Of a stretch of DNA of 64,000 nucleotides, positions 8,394 to 17,449 are shown one piece after another. Source of the DNA: an uncultured Nitrososphaerota archaeon (lineage in GTDB: Archaea; Korarchaeota; Korarchaeia; Korarchaeales; Korarchaeaceae); NCBI GenBank assembly GCA_964594835.1, contig CAZQNA010000001.1:128001-192000 (forward strand), given 5' to 3'. Below the pieces are notes generated by a model. It was not told the origin of the DNA, did not search any database, and saw only the letters and a list, made by a program, of their open reading frames with translations. The position numbers and the translations under genes are program-made. Every line of letters begins with the position of its first letter. Positions within the stretch are counted from its first letter, which is position 1.

Positions 8394-9638
8394 ATGCCTG
8401 CGGTGAAGATTGCGGACATCCTGGAGGGGAGGGTCGAGAGGGGGACAGAGGCTCAGATCGAGGGCAAGATAGTTGAGGTCCTACCGACGGCCAAGCTCGG
8501 AGAGGAGACCTACGAGAGGCTCATACTGGACGACGGGACGGGGAGGCTCACCATAGTCGTGAGGGTGACACCGTACTACTTCTTCCCCGGAGACGTGCTC
8601 CGGGTCAGGGGAACCGTCAAGCCCTGCTTCTACATGACGAAGATGACCTGCCTGGAGACCACCGCCGAAGACCTGGAGTTCGTGAGCGAGTACAGGGTTC
8701 CGCTGGCCAGGCGCGAGTCCATGAGCACCATGGGGCCCTTCAAGCTCATGGCCCTGCTCGCGTTCACCAGGCTGGACGATTACCTGATAGACGTCATCCT
8801 GGACACGGAGCTGGATCCCCTTAAGATAGCCGAGGAGGCCGAGAGGTCAGAGAGGCTGGACTGCCTCATCGAGCTCCTTGGCGGGATGACCCTCTACAGC
8901 GTCTTCATCAAGAGCGTCGAGGCCGCAAAAATTACGGAGACGGCCATTCTGCTGGTCAAGCCGAAGGTGGGGGACCCCAGGCTCCTAGGGAAGCTCGAAC
9001 TCATGGAGTCCTTTCTCAGGGCCATGCTGGAGGACCAGGGGTTCAGGCACGTCATAGAGCCCGTCCCAGTCCCGCCCGTCGAGGAGGTCGAGCCCAGGCT
9101 GAGCCCAGAGGAGATGGAGGCGATCAGGCCGCTGGCCGAGGGGGCCAGCGAGGTGGTCAAGGACCTCATCCACGCAGAGGGTCCCCACATAGTGGTCGTG
9201 GACCTCCCCGACGAGGATCCCATGGAGGGCAGGCGCCTCGCCAAGCTGATAGCCTCCATGGCTAAGGCCAGGCTCCTCCTCGTGAGCGTTCACGCGATGA
9301 GGAACAACATGGACGGGGTGATATCTGAGCTGAGGGCCTTGGCAGGCTCTCTCAAGGGTCCAGCCGTGGTTTACCTGGAGGGGATCGAGTTCATGCTCCC
9401 GACCTACCTGTTGAAGTCCGCCATGAGTTCTGAGATGGCCTCTTCGTTCGACGCCTTCACGTCCGAGGTGATCCAGATGCTCGAGAGGCTATCCTCCAGG
9501 CCCGAGGTCCTAGTCTTGGCCGGGACGATATCTCCGGCCATGGTCTCCTCGAGGCTCCTGTCCGTCGCTAGGAAGAAGCTCGCCATGAAGGCGGAGGAGT
9601 CAGAGGAGGAGTCGGAGATGCCCCCCTACATGGGTTGA
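8394..9638 (+). CDS. OB-fold protein fused to a degenerate AAA+ domain
   Basis: IEGKIV...LILDDGTGRLTI...PGDVLRVRGTV OB motif; C-terminal LAKLIA...PAVVYLEGIE...VLVLAGT. Confidence 0.65.
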   Translation: MPAVKIADILEGRVERGTEAQIEGKIVEVLPTAKLGEETYERLILDDGTGRLTIVVRVTPYYFFPGDVLRVRGTVKPCFYMTKMTCLETTAEDLEFVSEYRVPLARRESMSTMGPFKLMALLAFTRLDDYLIDVILDTELDPLKIAEEAERSERLDCLIELLGGMTLYSVFIKSVEAAKITETAILLVKPKVGDPRLLGKLELMESFLRAMLEDQGFRHVIEPVPVPPVEEVEPRLSPEEMEAIRPLAEGASEVVKDLIHAEGPHIVVVDLPDEDPMEGRRLAKLIASMAKARLLLVSVHAMRNNMDGVISELRALAGSLKGPAVVYLEGIEFMLPTYLLKSAMSSEMASSFDAFTSEVIQMLERLSSRPEVLVLAGTISPAMVSSRLLSVARKKLAMKAEESEEESEMPPYMG

Positions 9639-9687
9639 CCGACGGGTTGGGGGCGACACCCGTTATAGCTCTCAACGTTCCCACATC

Positions 9688-9765
9688 CGGGGGGCGGGAT
9701 GACCAGTGCTCCCGGCTGCGAGTCATCGCGGATGAGCTGCCTGGGCTTCGGGGGACCGCCCCCCG
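9688..9765 (+). ncRNA. Candidate C/D-box guide sRNA
   Basis: Perfect 10-bp terminal stem CGGGGGGCGG/CCGCCCCCCG; box C GATGA (9698), D' GCGA, C' GGATGA, D GGGA; TTATA about 25 nt upstream. Confidence 0.65.
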
Positions 9766-9802
9766 AGAACCTTGATTAGGTTCCGAGGGTGGGACTCAAG
9801 GG

Positions 9803-10456
9803 GTGGTGGCCGTGTACGAGATCGGCCCCGTGAAGGTGTCCTGGCTGGGTCACGCGGCCTTCAGGGTCTCGGACTCCGCCGTCGTTTACGTCGATCCCTA
9901 CGAGATTGCCGGGGGGAGGAGGGCCGACGTAGTGCTGATCACGCACGATCACTTCGATCACTGCTCTCCCGAAGACGTCGCCAAGATCGCGAGCCCCGAA
10001 ACCGTCATAGTGGCGCCCGCCCCGTGCCTCAAGAAGCTCGGCGGCCTCCCGGGCAGGAGAGCCGAGGTGTCTCCGGGGACAGAGGTGGACGTGGGCGGCG
10101 TCAAGATAAGGGCGATCCCGGCCTACAACGTGCGCCCCGAGAGGAGGAAGTTTCACCCCAGGGAGAAGGGATACGTCGGATACGTCTTCGAGCTGGACGG
10201 GGTGAAGGTGTACCACGCCGGCGACACCGACCTGATCCCGGAGATGGAGGGGCTCGAGGTCGACGTGGCCCTGCTCCCTGTGAGCGGCACCTACGTGATG
10301 GATCCGGAGGAGGCGGCGAGGGCGGCGGAGGCGATAGGACCGAGGGTCGCTATCCCGATGCACTACGGCTCCATCGTCGGATCCGAGAGGGACGCCCAGA
10401 GGTTCTCCGAGCTCGTGAGCTGCTGCGAGGTCGTCGTACTAAGGCCAGAGGACTGA
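9803..10456 (+). CDS. MBL-fold metallo-hydrolase (UPF0173/UlaG-like)
   Basis: WLGHAAF, ITHDHFDH, YHAGDTD, IPMHYG. Confidence 0.92.
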   Translation: MVAVYEIGPVKVSWLGHAAFRVSDSAVVYVDPYEIAGGRRADVVLITHDHFDHCSPEDVAKIASPETVIVAPAPCLKKLGGLPGRRAEVSPGTEVDVGGVKIRAIPAYNVRPERRKFHPREKGYVGYVFELDGVKVYHAGDTDLIPEMEGLEVDVALLPVSGTYVMDPEEAARAAEAIGPRVAIPMHYGSIVGSERDAQRFSELVSCCEVVVLRPED

Positions 10457-11044
10457 CCTCCAACCAGCCCTGGGGCTGGTCAAGGCGCCGAGGTAGAGCG
10501 CGGCGGCCTCCTCGAGAGCCTCCGCCCTGGCCGCGGCGATCTCCAGGGTCGGACCGAGCGTCACAGCCCCGTGTCGCTCTATTATGACTGCATTCGAGTC
10601 CCTCAGGGCGTTCGCCACGGCCTCTGCGAGCTCCCAGGTTCCGGCGCGCCTCCAGCGAATGCACCTGACGGCGCCCCCCAGGTAGATGACCCCCTCCTCC
10701 GACATCGGCCTCACCACCCCCGACGTCGTGCCGAGGGTGGTTGAAAGCGGCCCGTGAGTGTGGACCACTGCCCTCGCGTCTGTACGAGCCCTGTAGACGG
10801 CCGCGTGCATTCTCCACTCGGAAGAGGGCTTCCTGCCGGAGGTCTCCACCACCTCGCCGGAGGTGCTCATCAGGACGACGTCCGAGGGGGATAGCGTACC
10901 CTTGTGGGGGCCGGAGGGCGTGATCCAGAACATCTCATCGGAGACCCTGAAGCTCACGTTTCCCCCTGCCGCGGTGACCAGCCCCCGAAGGTACAGGAGT
11001 CTGGACACCCTCACCAGCTCCTCTCTGGGGTCCGCCAGGCTCAC
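10439..11044 (-). CDS. Class II aldolase/adducin family protein
   Basis: GGNVSFR, ITPSG, KPSSEWRMH, VVHTHG, ERHGAV. Confidence 0.9.
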   Translation of the reverse strand: MSLADPREELVRVSRLLYLRGLVTAAGGNVSFRVSDEMFWITPSGPHKGTLSPSDVVLMSTSGEVVETSGRKPSSEWRMHAAVYRARTDARAVVHTHGPLSTTLGTTSGVVRPMSEEGVIYLGGAVRCIRWRRAGTWELAEAVANALRDSNAVIIERHGAVTLGPTLEIAAARAEALEEAAALYLGALTSPRAGWRSVLWP

Positions 11045-11148
11045 CGAGGGTTTCCGAAGGCAGTCGAAAAAAGGGTTATTCGCGGCTGCCCCCCTCGAAA
11101 CCGCCCGGGGGCCGGAGTCAGAGTGAAAGGGGAAAGATGGGGGGAGGC

Positions 11149-12471
11149 TCACGGCCAGATGCCGCGGAGCCTCATGGCGGCGACTATCCTGTCGATGGCC
11201 AGCCAGTAGGCGGCGGTCCTCATGTCGATGTTCTTCTCCTTGTGGAGGTTGTAGATGTCCCTGAAGGACTTGGTCATCCTGGCCCTGAGCTTCTGCCTGA
11301 CGGTCTCGACGTCCCACCACTCCCTGGTCCTGGCCTGCACCCACTCGAAGTAGCTCACGGTCACGCCGCCCGCGTTGGCCAGCACGTCGGGTATGACGAG
11401 TATGCCCTTCTCGTGGAGCACGAGGTCGGCCTCGGGCGTGGTGGGGCCGTTGGCAGCCTCGGCCACGATCTTGGCCTTGATCCTGTCCGCGTTATCCTTG
11501 GTTATCACGTTCTCGATGGCGGCGGGGATGAGCACGTCGACGTCGAGCTCCAGGAGCTTGGCGTTGCCGACCCTCGGGTCGGGGTCGAGGTTGGTGGCGC
11601 CCGGGAAGTCCTTCACGCTGCCGGTCTCCCTCTTGTGCTTGAGCACCGCGTCGGGGTCGAGGCCGTCGGGGTTGTAGATCGCTCCCCTGCTGTCGCTGAC
11701 GGCCACCACCTTCATGCCGAGCTCGTGCATGAACTTGGCCGAGAAGTAGCCCGCGTTGCCGTAGCCCTGCACGGCGGCGGTCGCCTTCTTCGGGTCGATG
11801 TTCAGGACCTTGATGGCCTCCTCCACGGTGTACTGCAGGCCCCTGGCGGTCGCCTCCGTCCTGCCCTCGCTGCCGCCCAGCTCCAGCGGCTTGCCCGTGA
11901 TAACGCCGGGCTCGGGGTAGCCGACGATCTGGCTGTAGGTGTCGTAGATCCAGGCCATCTCCCTAGGGCTGGTGTAGACGTCGGGTGCGGGGATGTCCCT
12001 GTCGACGCCTATGATAGGGGCAATCGCCCAGGTGAACCTCCTGGTGAGCCTCTCGAGCTCGTTGAGGCTGAGCTTGTGCGGGTCAACCCTGATTCCGCCC
12101 TTGGATCCGCCGTAGGGGATGTCGACCACGGCGGTCTTGATGCTCATCCAGGCGGCGAGGGCCTTAACCTCGTCCTCGTTCACCGCGGGGTGGTACCTGA
12201 TGCCTCCCTTGCAGGGACCCCTAGCGTCGTTGTGCTGGACCCTCCATCCCACGAAGAGTTCAATGCTTCCGTCGTCCATCTTGACGGGCAGCTGGACCTC
12301 GAGGATCCTCTTGGGGGTGGCAAGTATCTTGTAATAGCCCGGGTCGAGGCCCATGATCTTGGCGGACCTCTCCAGCAGCTTCAGGAAGTTGAACCAGGGG
12401 TTCATTTCCGAGGGGGCGGCCCCTCCCGTAATCCGGAACATCTCCTCAGCAGATGGAATCACGGTCCCCAT
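11149..12471 (-). CDS. gdhA: Glutamate dehydrogenase
   Basis: QHNDARGPCKGGIRYHP, PYGGSKGG, DIPAPDV, TGKPLELGGS, QGYGNAG, EAANGPTT, NAGGVTVSYFEW. Confidence 0.96.
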   Translation of the reverse strand: MGTVIPSAEEMFRITGGAAPSEMNPWFNFLKLLERSAKIMGLDPGYYKILATPKRILEVQLPVKMDDGSIELFVGWRVQHNDARGPCKGGIRYHPAVNEDEVKALAAWMSIKTAVVDIPYGGSKGGIRVDPHKLSLNELERLTRRFTWAIAPIIGVDRDIPAPDVYTSPREMAWIYDTYSQIVGYPEPGVITGKPLELGGSEGRTEATARGLQYTVEEAIKVLNIDPKKATAAVQGYGNAGYFSAKFMHELGMKVVAVSDSRGAIYNPDGLDPDAVLKHKRETGSVKDFPGATNLDPDPRVGNAKLLELDVDVLIPAAIENVITKDNADRIKAKIVAEAANGPTTPEADLVLHEKGILVIPDVLANAGGVTVSYFEWVQARTREWWDVETVRQKLRARMTKSFRDIYNLHKEKNIDMRTAAYWLAIDRIVAAMRLRGIWP

Positions 12472-12703
12472 GCCGGTCACCCTGCGGGCCGCGCCCGCGC
12501 TGTGTGTGTGGCGAGTTTTCATTAAAAAGATTGACACATTCCCTCGATCTCAGAGCTCTCATCCCCTCGTGCTGAGATGGTGGATTTAATCGGCTCAAGC
12601 AGTCGGATACTCGCCTGGACTGCTTAAAATTTGGATCTGAGGTTTTTGGGGGGACTCCCTGGAGGAATGATACGTTAATTTCCAACGGCTCGCCTAACAC
12701 CGA

Positions 12704-13930
12704 GTGTCCGCGCGCTCGAGGGTTCCACTTGTTGTGGCCAAGGGTCGGAGGACGGGGCCCGAGCACGAGGCGGCCGCACTAACCCTGTTCGCTTGGAAGA
12801 ATTCCAAGAGAGGTAGGTTTCCCTGGTCCAAGTTGGAGAAGCCGTGGGGGATAGGGATAGTCGAGCTGAGGCTTGATGTCCTCGAGGTCGGGGGGCGTTG
12901 GAGGGTCCTCTGGGATCCCTCTGGCCTCCTCTCCCTGAGGCTCTCGATGGCCGACAGGGAGTCGCTGGCCTCGGCGCTCAGCTTCCTGGAGGAGGCCATC
13001 GTGGCGAGCCCCGAGTCGCTCACGAAATCCGTTGAGTTCTCCTACTCCAGGATAAGGGCCTCCAGGAGGGAGCTAGAACTCACCGGAATCCCAGACCCCA
13101 GGATCATTAGCTGGGTTGCCTCTGAGGTCGGCGAACACGAGGGCCTCCCGGGCGGGGCGCTGCCGCCGTCCCTCAGTGAGAGGAGGGCTAGAGACACCTT
13201 CAGGGCCCTTAGGGAGATGGCCGGTGATCTGAGGAGGGATGTTGAGCTGATCAAGAGATATCGGGCCAAGCTGGAGGCGCTGATCAGCTCCGTGAGGAGT
13301 CTGGAGGAGTCGGAGAAGTCGGCGGTCTCCAGGGCGTACGCGGCCAGGCTCGCCGAGGCGGAGGTCCACCTCTCGGGCGATGAGCTCGCCCTTAGGAGGA
13401 GCCAGCTCAACTCAGAGCGGCAGGAGAGGATCTCGGAGATAGAATCCAAGTACGGCAGGCTCCTCGATGCCCTTGAAAATCTATCTCAGGAGCTGGAGGA
13501 GGAGCTGAAGTCGAGGGAGCTTATGATCTCCCTCAGCGAGCGCGCGGGGGAGGTTCAGCCAGCCTCGGTCCCTATGGGAATCGTCCTCTTCGGTCGCGGG
13601 AAGAGGCAGAGGCTTGAGATGCTCGCGCCCTGTGAGCTGACGGAGCCGGGCCTAGGAACCAAGCTGAGGAGGGTCTTCGGCGGTCGCCCGATCCCGCTGG
13701 AGCCGAGAGGCTGGGGAGAGGCCGTGGTCGCCAGGGTGAGGGAGGCCGCCGACGAGAGGAGCATGATACACTCCGGGCTCGTTACGATCGTGGAGAGGAA
13801 GAACCTCCTCCGGAGCCCCAACTTCGTTGAGCTCTCCGGCGCGGGCCTCCTGAAGTTCGCCGAGTGGGGCTACTTGCCGGATGAGTGGGTTGGAGAGGCC
13901 TTGGCCGTCGTCGTGGGTGAGGGCGAGTGA
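12704..13930 (+). CDS. Hypothetical protein with central coiled coil
   Basis: 408-aa ORF with host codon usage; heptad-rich E/R/L middle. Confidence 0.7.
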   Translation: MSARSRVPLVVAKGRRTGPEHEAAALTLFAWKNSKRGRFPWSKLEKPWGIGIVELRLDVLEVGGRWRVLWDPSGLLSLRLSMADRESLASALSFLEEAIVASPESLTKSVEFSYSRIRASRRELELTGIPDPRIISWVASEVGEHEGLPGGALPPSLSERRARDTFRALREMAGDLRRDVELIKRYRAKLEALISSVRSLEESEKSAVSRAYAARLAEAEVHLSGDELALRRSQLNSERQERISEIESKYGRLLDALENLSQELEEELKSRELMISLSERAGEVQPASVPMGIVLFGRGKRQRLEMLAPCELTEPGLGTKLRRVFGGRPIPLEPRGWGEAVVARVREAADERSMIHSGLVTIVERKNLLRSPNFVELSGAGLLKFAEWGYLPDEWVGEALAVVVGEGE

Positions 13931-13981
13931 TCCCCGAGATCCCTGGGGCGAGGCTTTTATCTCCAGACTCCGATGGGGTGA

Positions 13982-14048
13982 GGGGCCGATGAGGGTAGCT
14001 CGCTAGGTCCGCCGACCCGTGACGACCCTGGATCCCTCCCGAGGCCCC
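13982..14048 (+). ncRNA. Candidate C/D-box guide sRNA
   Basis: Stem GGGGCC/GGCCCC; C GATGA (13988), D' CCGA (14012), C' GTGACGA (14019), D CCGA (14039); TTTTAT about 25 nt upstream. Confidence 0.7.
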
Positions 14049-14060
14049 GCCCAGGACGTC

Positions 14061-14405
14061 TCACTCCCCAGATCCGTCCCCTTCCCCTTCGAGGACGCGA
14101 AACTCGATCATCCAGAGCTGGTCCTCCTCCAGGACCCTCTTACCGTAGTGTCTCTTGAGCGCCTTCACCAGCTCCTCCTTGGACTCGAACCCGTCCCTCC
14201 TGGCCTCCTCGTCGGTCAGCCCCGAGAGCCTCACCCTGGTGACCCCCTCGACAACGGCCTCCCCGAAGACCTCACCCCCGGCTACCAGGTCGACGACGTC
14301 CCCCGGCCTGAGCCTGGTGGTTCGCCTCAGGGTGGTCACCTTCTCCCCCCTGAGGATGCGGTCCACGTACCTCTTGTCAAACCTCAGCGACTTCCTCCTC
14401 CCCAT
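14061..14405 (-). CDS. ASCH domain protein (YqfB-like)
   Basis: LRF...DRILRGEKVTTLR, PGDVV, LTDEEARRDGF. Confidence 0.9.
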   Translation of the reverse strand: MGRRKSLRFDKRYVDRILRGEKVTTLRRTTRLRPGDVVDLVAGGEVFGEAVVEGVTRVRLSGLTDEEARRDGFESKEELVKALKRHYGKRVLEEDQLWMIEFRVLEGEGDGSGE

Positions 14406-16656
14406 AGTGGACCACCAGCTTCCTGACCGCCCCCCGTACGACGTCCATGACCTCGACCACCTTCTTAACCTTCAGGAGCCCCGCCACCATGCCCCACCCC
14501 CTACCCTGAAGGACCCTGGCCAGCAGAGCAGCCTCCTCCTCAGCCGAGAGGGGCCTGACCTTCGGAGGGGAGAGGAAGTAGGACCTGACGATCTCCCAGA
14601 CCGCGTCGGACGCCATCTCGTAGGTGTTGTACCCCGCCAGGTAGTCCCTTAGCCTGAGCTTCTGACTGAACCTGAGCCTCGGCCTCGCGCCTCCCCAGCT
14701 CGGAGACAGGAGCATCCTGGCGACCCAGGGGGACAGATCGAAGTACACGTCGTGCAGGGAGTTCAGGAGTCTCCTCTTGAACTCCCCCAGTATCTCACGC
14801 ACCATGTCCCGAGCCTGCCTGCTGATCGGGAGCACGACGAACACGCTGTACTCTCCCGAGACAGGGTTCCTCTGCGGGCTGATGTGCACGGGCACGAAGC
14901 CCGCCCTCACCCAGAACCTGAGGAGTTCCTCGCTGACTCCGAACCCCGCCCCGACCCAGTCTACCCCGGCCTCCTCAGCCTCGGAGATCAGGGACCTGAG
15001 CGCCCTCGTCCCCAGGCCCCTGCCCTGAAGGGCCGGATGGGTGGCTATGCGGACCACCCTCCAGCCCCAGAGCTTCGGGAATCCCTTGTGGCCGTAGTGT
15101 GCCAGGAGCCTCGAGGGTATCATGTGACCGGGGGGATTCTCTGTCCTCCTGAGGATGCCCTCCACGTACCTCCTGCTGAGCCTCCCCTCCTCGCATATCT
15201 GAATTGAGACTACGGGCTCGCCGTCGATCAACAGGGCCCTCGCGGAGTGGTGGGGCGCGTCCAGGAGTGTCGCCAGGTCGTTGGGCCTGTTCCTGTAGTG
15301 AGCCAGGACGTATATCCCGTAGAACTTCCTGAGGAAGTCCTCGTCCGCCGATGGGAGGTCCACCCTGACGTACCTCCCCGACTCCGGGGACGCGTCCTCG
15401 GGGGGATCCCCAGGCTCCGCGTCGAGCAGCAGGAAGTCGTAAAGCCACCTCTCAACCGGGTCCCCCTCGGGGTACCTTATCGGGGTCCTCATCTCCACCC
15501 TCTCGACGGCCACACCCTGAAGCGACTCGAGCCTCGACATGAACCTCTGAGAGAAACCCCTGCCGGCCCCCTCGTACCCGTGGATTGTGCTGGAGAAGAT
15601 CGCGAGCCTGCTGGACCCGAGCACCCTGAAGAGCAGGTGCGTCGGGATGCCGGCCGCCTCGTCAACCACCTTCACCCGGACGTTAGAGTCCACTAGGCTC
15701 AGGGGAGTCAGGTAGAAGGCCGACCTCCCCCTGGCGGTCACCGCCACGACCTCTCCATCCCTCACCACCTCCCGGCCCCGTATCCCCAGGGCCTCCAGGC
15801 CCCTTGAGACGAACTTGAACAGGGTCTGAACCGCGGGGAGTGTGGGGGCCGTGACCGCCACCCCCCTGACCCCCCTCCTCGCCATTAGGTGGGCTATCCC
15901 GAGCCCGAGAGCGGCGGACTTTCCCCTCCCCCTGTTCGCCACCACGAGGAGGGCCGCCCTCCCGGAGACCCTCGAGAGCCTGTCGATGGCCTCCACCACC
16001 TCGACCTGCTCGGGGGTCAGTGCGAGCGCCAGTACGGGGTCCTCCGATTCGGGCCGCTCGAGCTCCCTCCTGGCGGCCTCTCTTGGGCGCCCCTCAACGC
16101 TTCCCGAGGACAGGTCGACGAACCTCGCCCCCTCAGCCCTCCTGACGGTCTCTAGGAACCTCCTCTTGAACTCGCTCCTGACGTCGGACTCTCTGTAGGG
16201 GGGCGACGCCAGCCTCCTCTGGAAGTCGGTCAGGGTTCTGAGCCACTCCTCGACTGGGGGTATCGCCATCACGACGAGCCCGCCCCCCCTGACGGTCTCC
16301 ACAAGTCTCCCCACGTCATTCGCCCTCATCTGGACGGAGAAGTCCGTCAGGAGGAGATCCCAGGTTCCCCCCATGGCCTCCTCGCTCCTGTCAAAGTCTA
16401 TTGGGTGGACGCGGACGTCTCCGGGCACCTGGCTGGCGAGCCTTCGACCGCCCAGCACCTCGTCCCCAACCCAGACGTTGGAGTAGAGGGCGTCGACCCC
16501 CTGGCCAGTGACCCGCCGGTAGACCCTGGCCACCCTTGCCAGGGCGTCCACCCGATCCTCGCAGGAGACGAGGAGCAACCTCCGCTCTCCACTGGCCACG
16601 GCCTCCGCGCTGAGTTCTGCTGCCACCTCCTCGACGAGGTCGCCCAAGATGATCAC
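14377..16656 (-). CDS. tmcA: RNA cytidine N4-acetyltransferase TmcA/Nat10
   Basis: ETVRGGGL, ANRGRGKSA, VDEAAGIP, STIHGYEGAGRGF, PIRY...DPVE, AHYRNRPNDL, RIATHPALQGRGLG. Confidence 0.95.
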   Translation of the reverse strand: MIILGDLVEEVAAELSAEAVASGERRLLLVSCEDRVDALARVARVYRRVTGQGVDALYSNVWVGDEVLGGRRLASQVPGDVRVHPIDFDRSEEAMGGTWDLLLTDFSVQMRANDVGRLVETVRGGGLVVMAIPPVEEWLRTLTDFQRRLASPPYRESDVRSEFKRRFLETVRRAEGARFVDLSSGSVEGRPREAARRELERPESEDPVLALALTPEQVEVVEAIDRLSRVSGRAALLVVANRGRGKSAALGLGIAHLMARRGVRGVAVTAPTLPAVQTLFKFVSRGLEALGIRGREVVRDGEVVAVTARGRSAFYLTPLSLVDSNVRVKVVDEAAGIPTHLLFRVLGSSRLAIFSSTIHGYEGAGRGFSQRFMSRLESLQGVAVERVEMRTPIRYPEGDPVERWLYDFLLLDAEPGDPPEDASPESGRYVRVDLPSADEDFLRKFYGIYVLAHYRNRPNDLATLLDAPHHSARALLIDGEPVVSIQICEEGRLSRRYVEGILRRTENPPGHMIPSRLLAHYGHKGFPKLWGWRVVRIATHPALQGRGLGTRALRSLISEAEEAGVDWVGAGFGVSEELLRFWVRAGFVPVHISPQRNPVSGEYSVFVVLPISRQARDMVREILGEFKRRLLNSLHDVYFDLSPWVARMLLSPSWGGARPRLRFSQKLRLRDYLAGYNTYEMASDAVWEIVRSYFLSPPKVRPLSAEEEAALLARVLQGRGWGMVAGLLKVKKVVEVMDVVRGAVRKLVVHYGEEEVAEV

Positions 16657-16666
16657 CCAACCGCGG

Positions 16667-17398
16667 TCACAGCGCCAGACCGAGGGCCGTCGGGGCGAAC
16701 TTGAGCAGGACCAGCGCCGCGGCCAGGGAGGCCGACCTACCCCTACTCAGGCCAAACATCGTCCTGAGGAGTTCCGTGAGGAGGAACCACTGCCAGGCCG
16801 CCACCAGGCCGGAGAGGGAGAGCATGACGGGAGAGCGCTCCACCAGGCTGGTCACCTCCCCGACCTGCGAGGAGTACGGGTTGGATAGGTCTATCGTGAT
16901 CACGACCCTCTGCGGGATCGTCAAGGCCGTAGCGATCACGCTCAGGAGAGACCTAACGCCCTCGGTCAGGTAGACCACGCCAAACCCGGTTAGGGTGGAG
17001 GATGGGCTCACCGGGTCGCCTCCAGCGAGCCTCGCCGCGACGTGAACGAGCCCCCCGGCGATGAAAGCGACGACGACCCCGGAGACCACCGTGGTGACCC
17101 CGACGAACGCCGGGCCGCTGAAAACCCTCAGGGCGGACTGGATCTGCTCGGCGCTCACGCCCTCCGGCGGGTTGACGAACCGGTACTCCACCCTCGACGC
17201 GATCAGCGCGCCTCCGGCGCCCCCAAGCGCCGAGACCGCCAGAGCGGCCATCAGGAACAGCCTCAGCCTGGGCCGACTGAGGCCCCCCCTGAAGACGGAC
17301 CACGGATCTCGGACCGGGGAGAGGAGGTACTTGATCGGCCCGACGCTCTCCCCTGCACGGGCCTCGCCGACCTCGAACTCCCCGCCCCCCTGGGACAT
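16667..17398 (-). CDS. Yip1-domain membrane protein
   Basis: LLSPVRDPWSVF N-terminal motif followed by about 5 TM segments. Confidence 0.65.
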   Translation of the reverse strand: MSQGGGEFEVGEARAGESVGPIKYLLSPVRDPWSVFRGGLSRPRLRLFLMAALAVSALGGAGGALIASRVEYRFVNPPEGVSAEQIQSALRVFSGPAFVGVTTVVSGVVVAFIAGGLVHVAARLAGGDPVSPSSTLTGFGVVYLTEGVRSLLSVIATALTIPQRVVITIDLSNPYSSQVGEVTSLVERSPVMLSLSGLVAAWQWFLLTELLRTMFGLSRGRSASLAAALVLLKFAPTALGLAL

Positions 17399-17449
17399 CG
17401 TGCCGCCCCCCTGAGTCGACTTAAAAAGGCCGGGGGGGCGACGCACACC

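Noticed and set aside
11137-12525. 462-aa ORF antisense to gdhA, and similar shadows over moeA, feoB, the Psr-like catalytic gene, glyA and APC
   Set aside because: Mirror frames of well-supported genes, with no independent signals.
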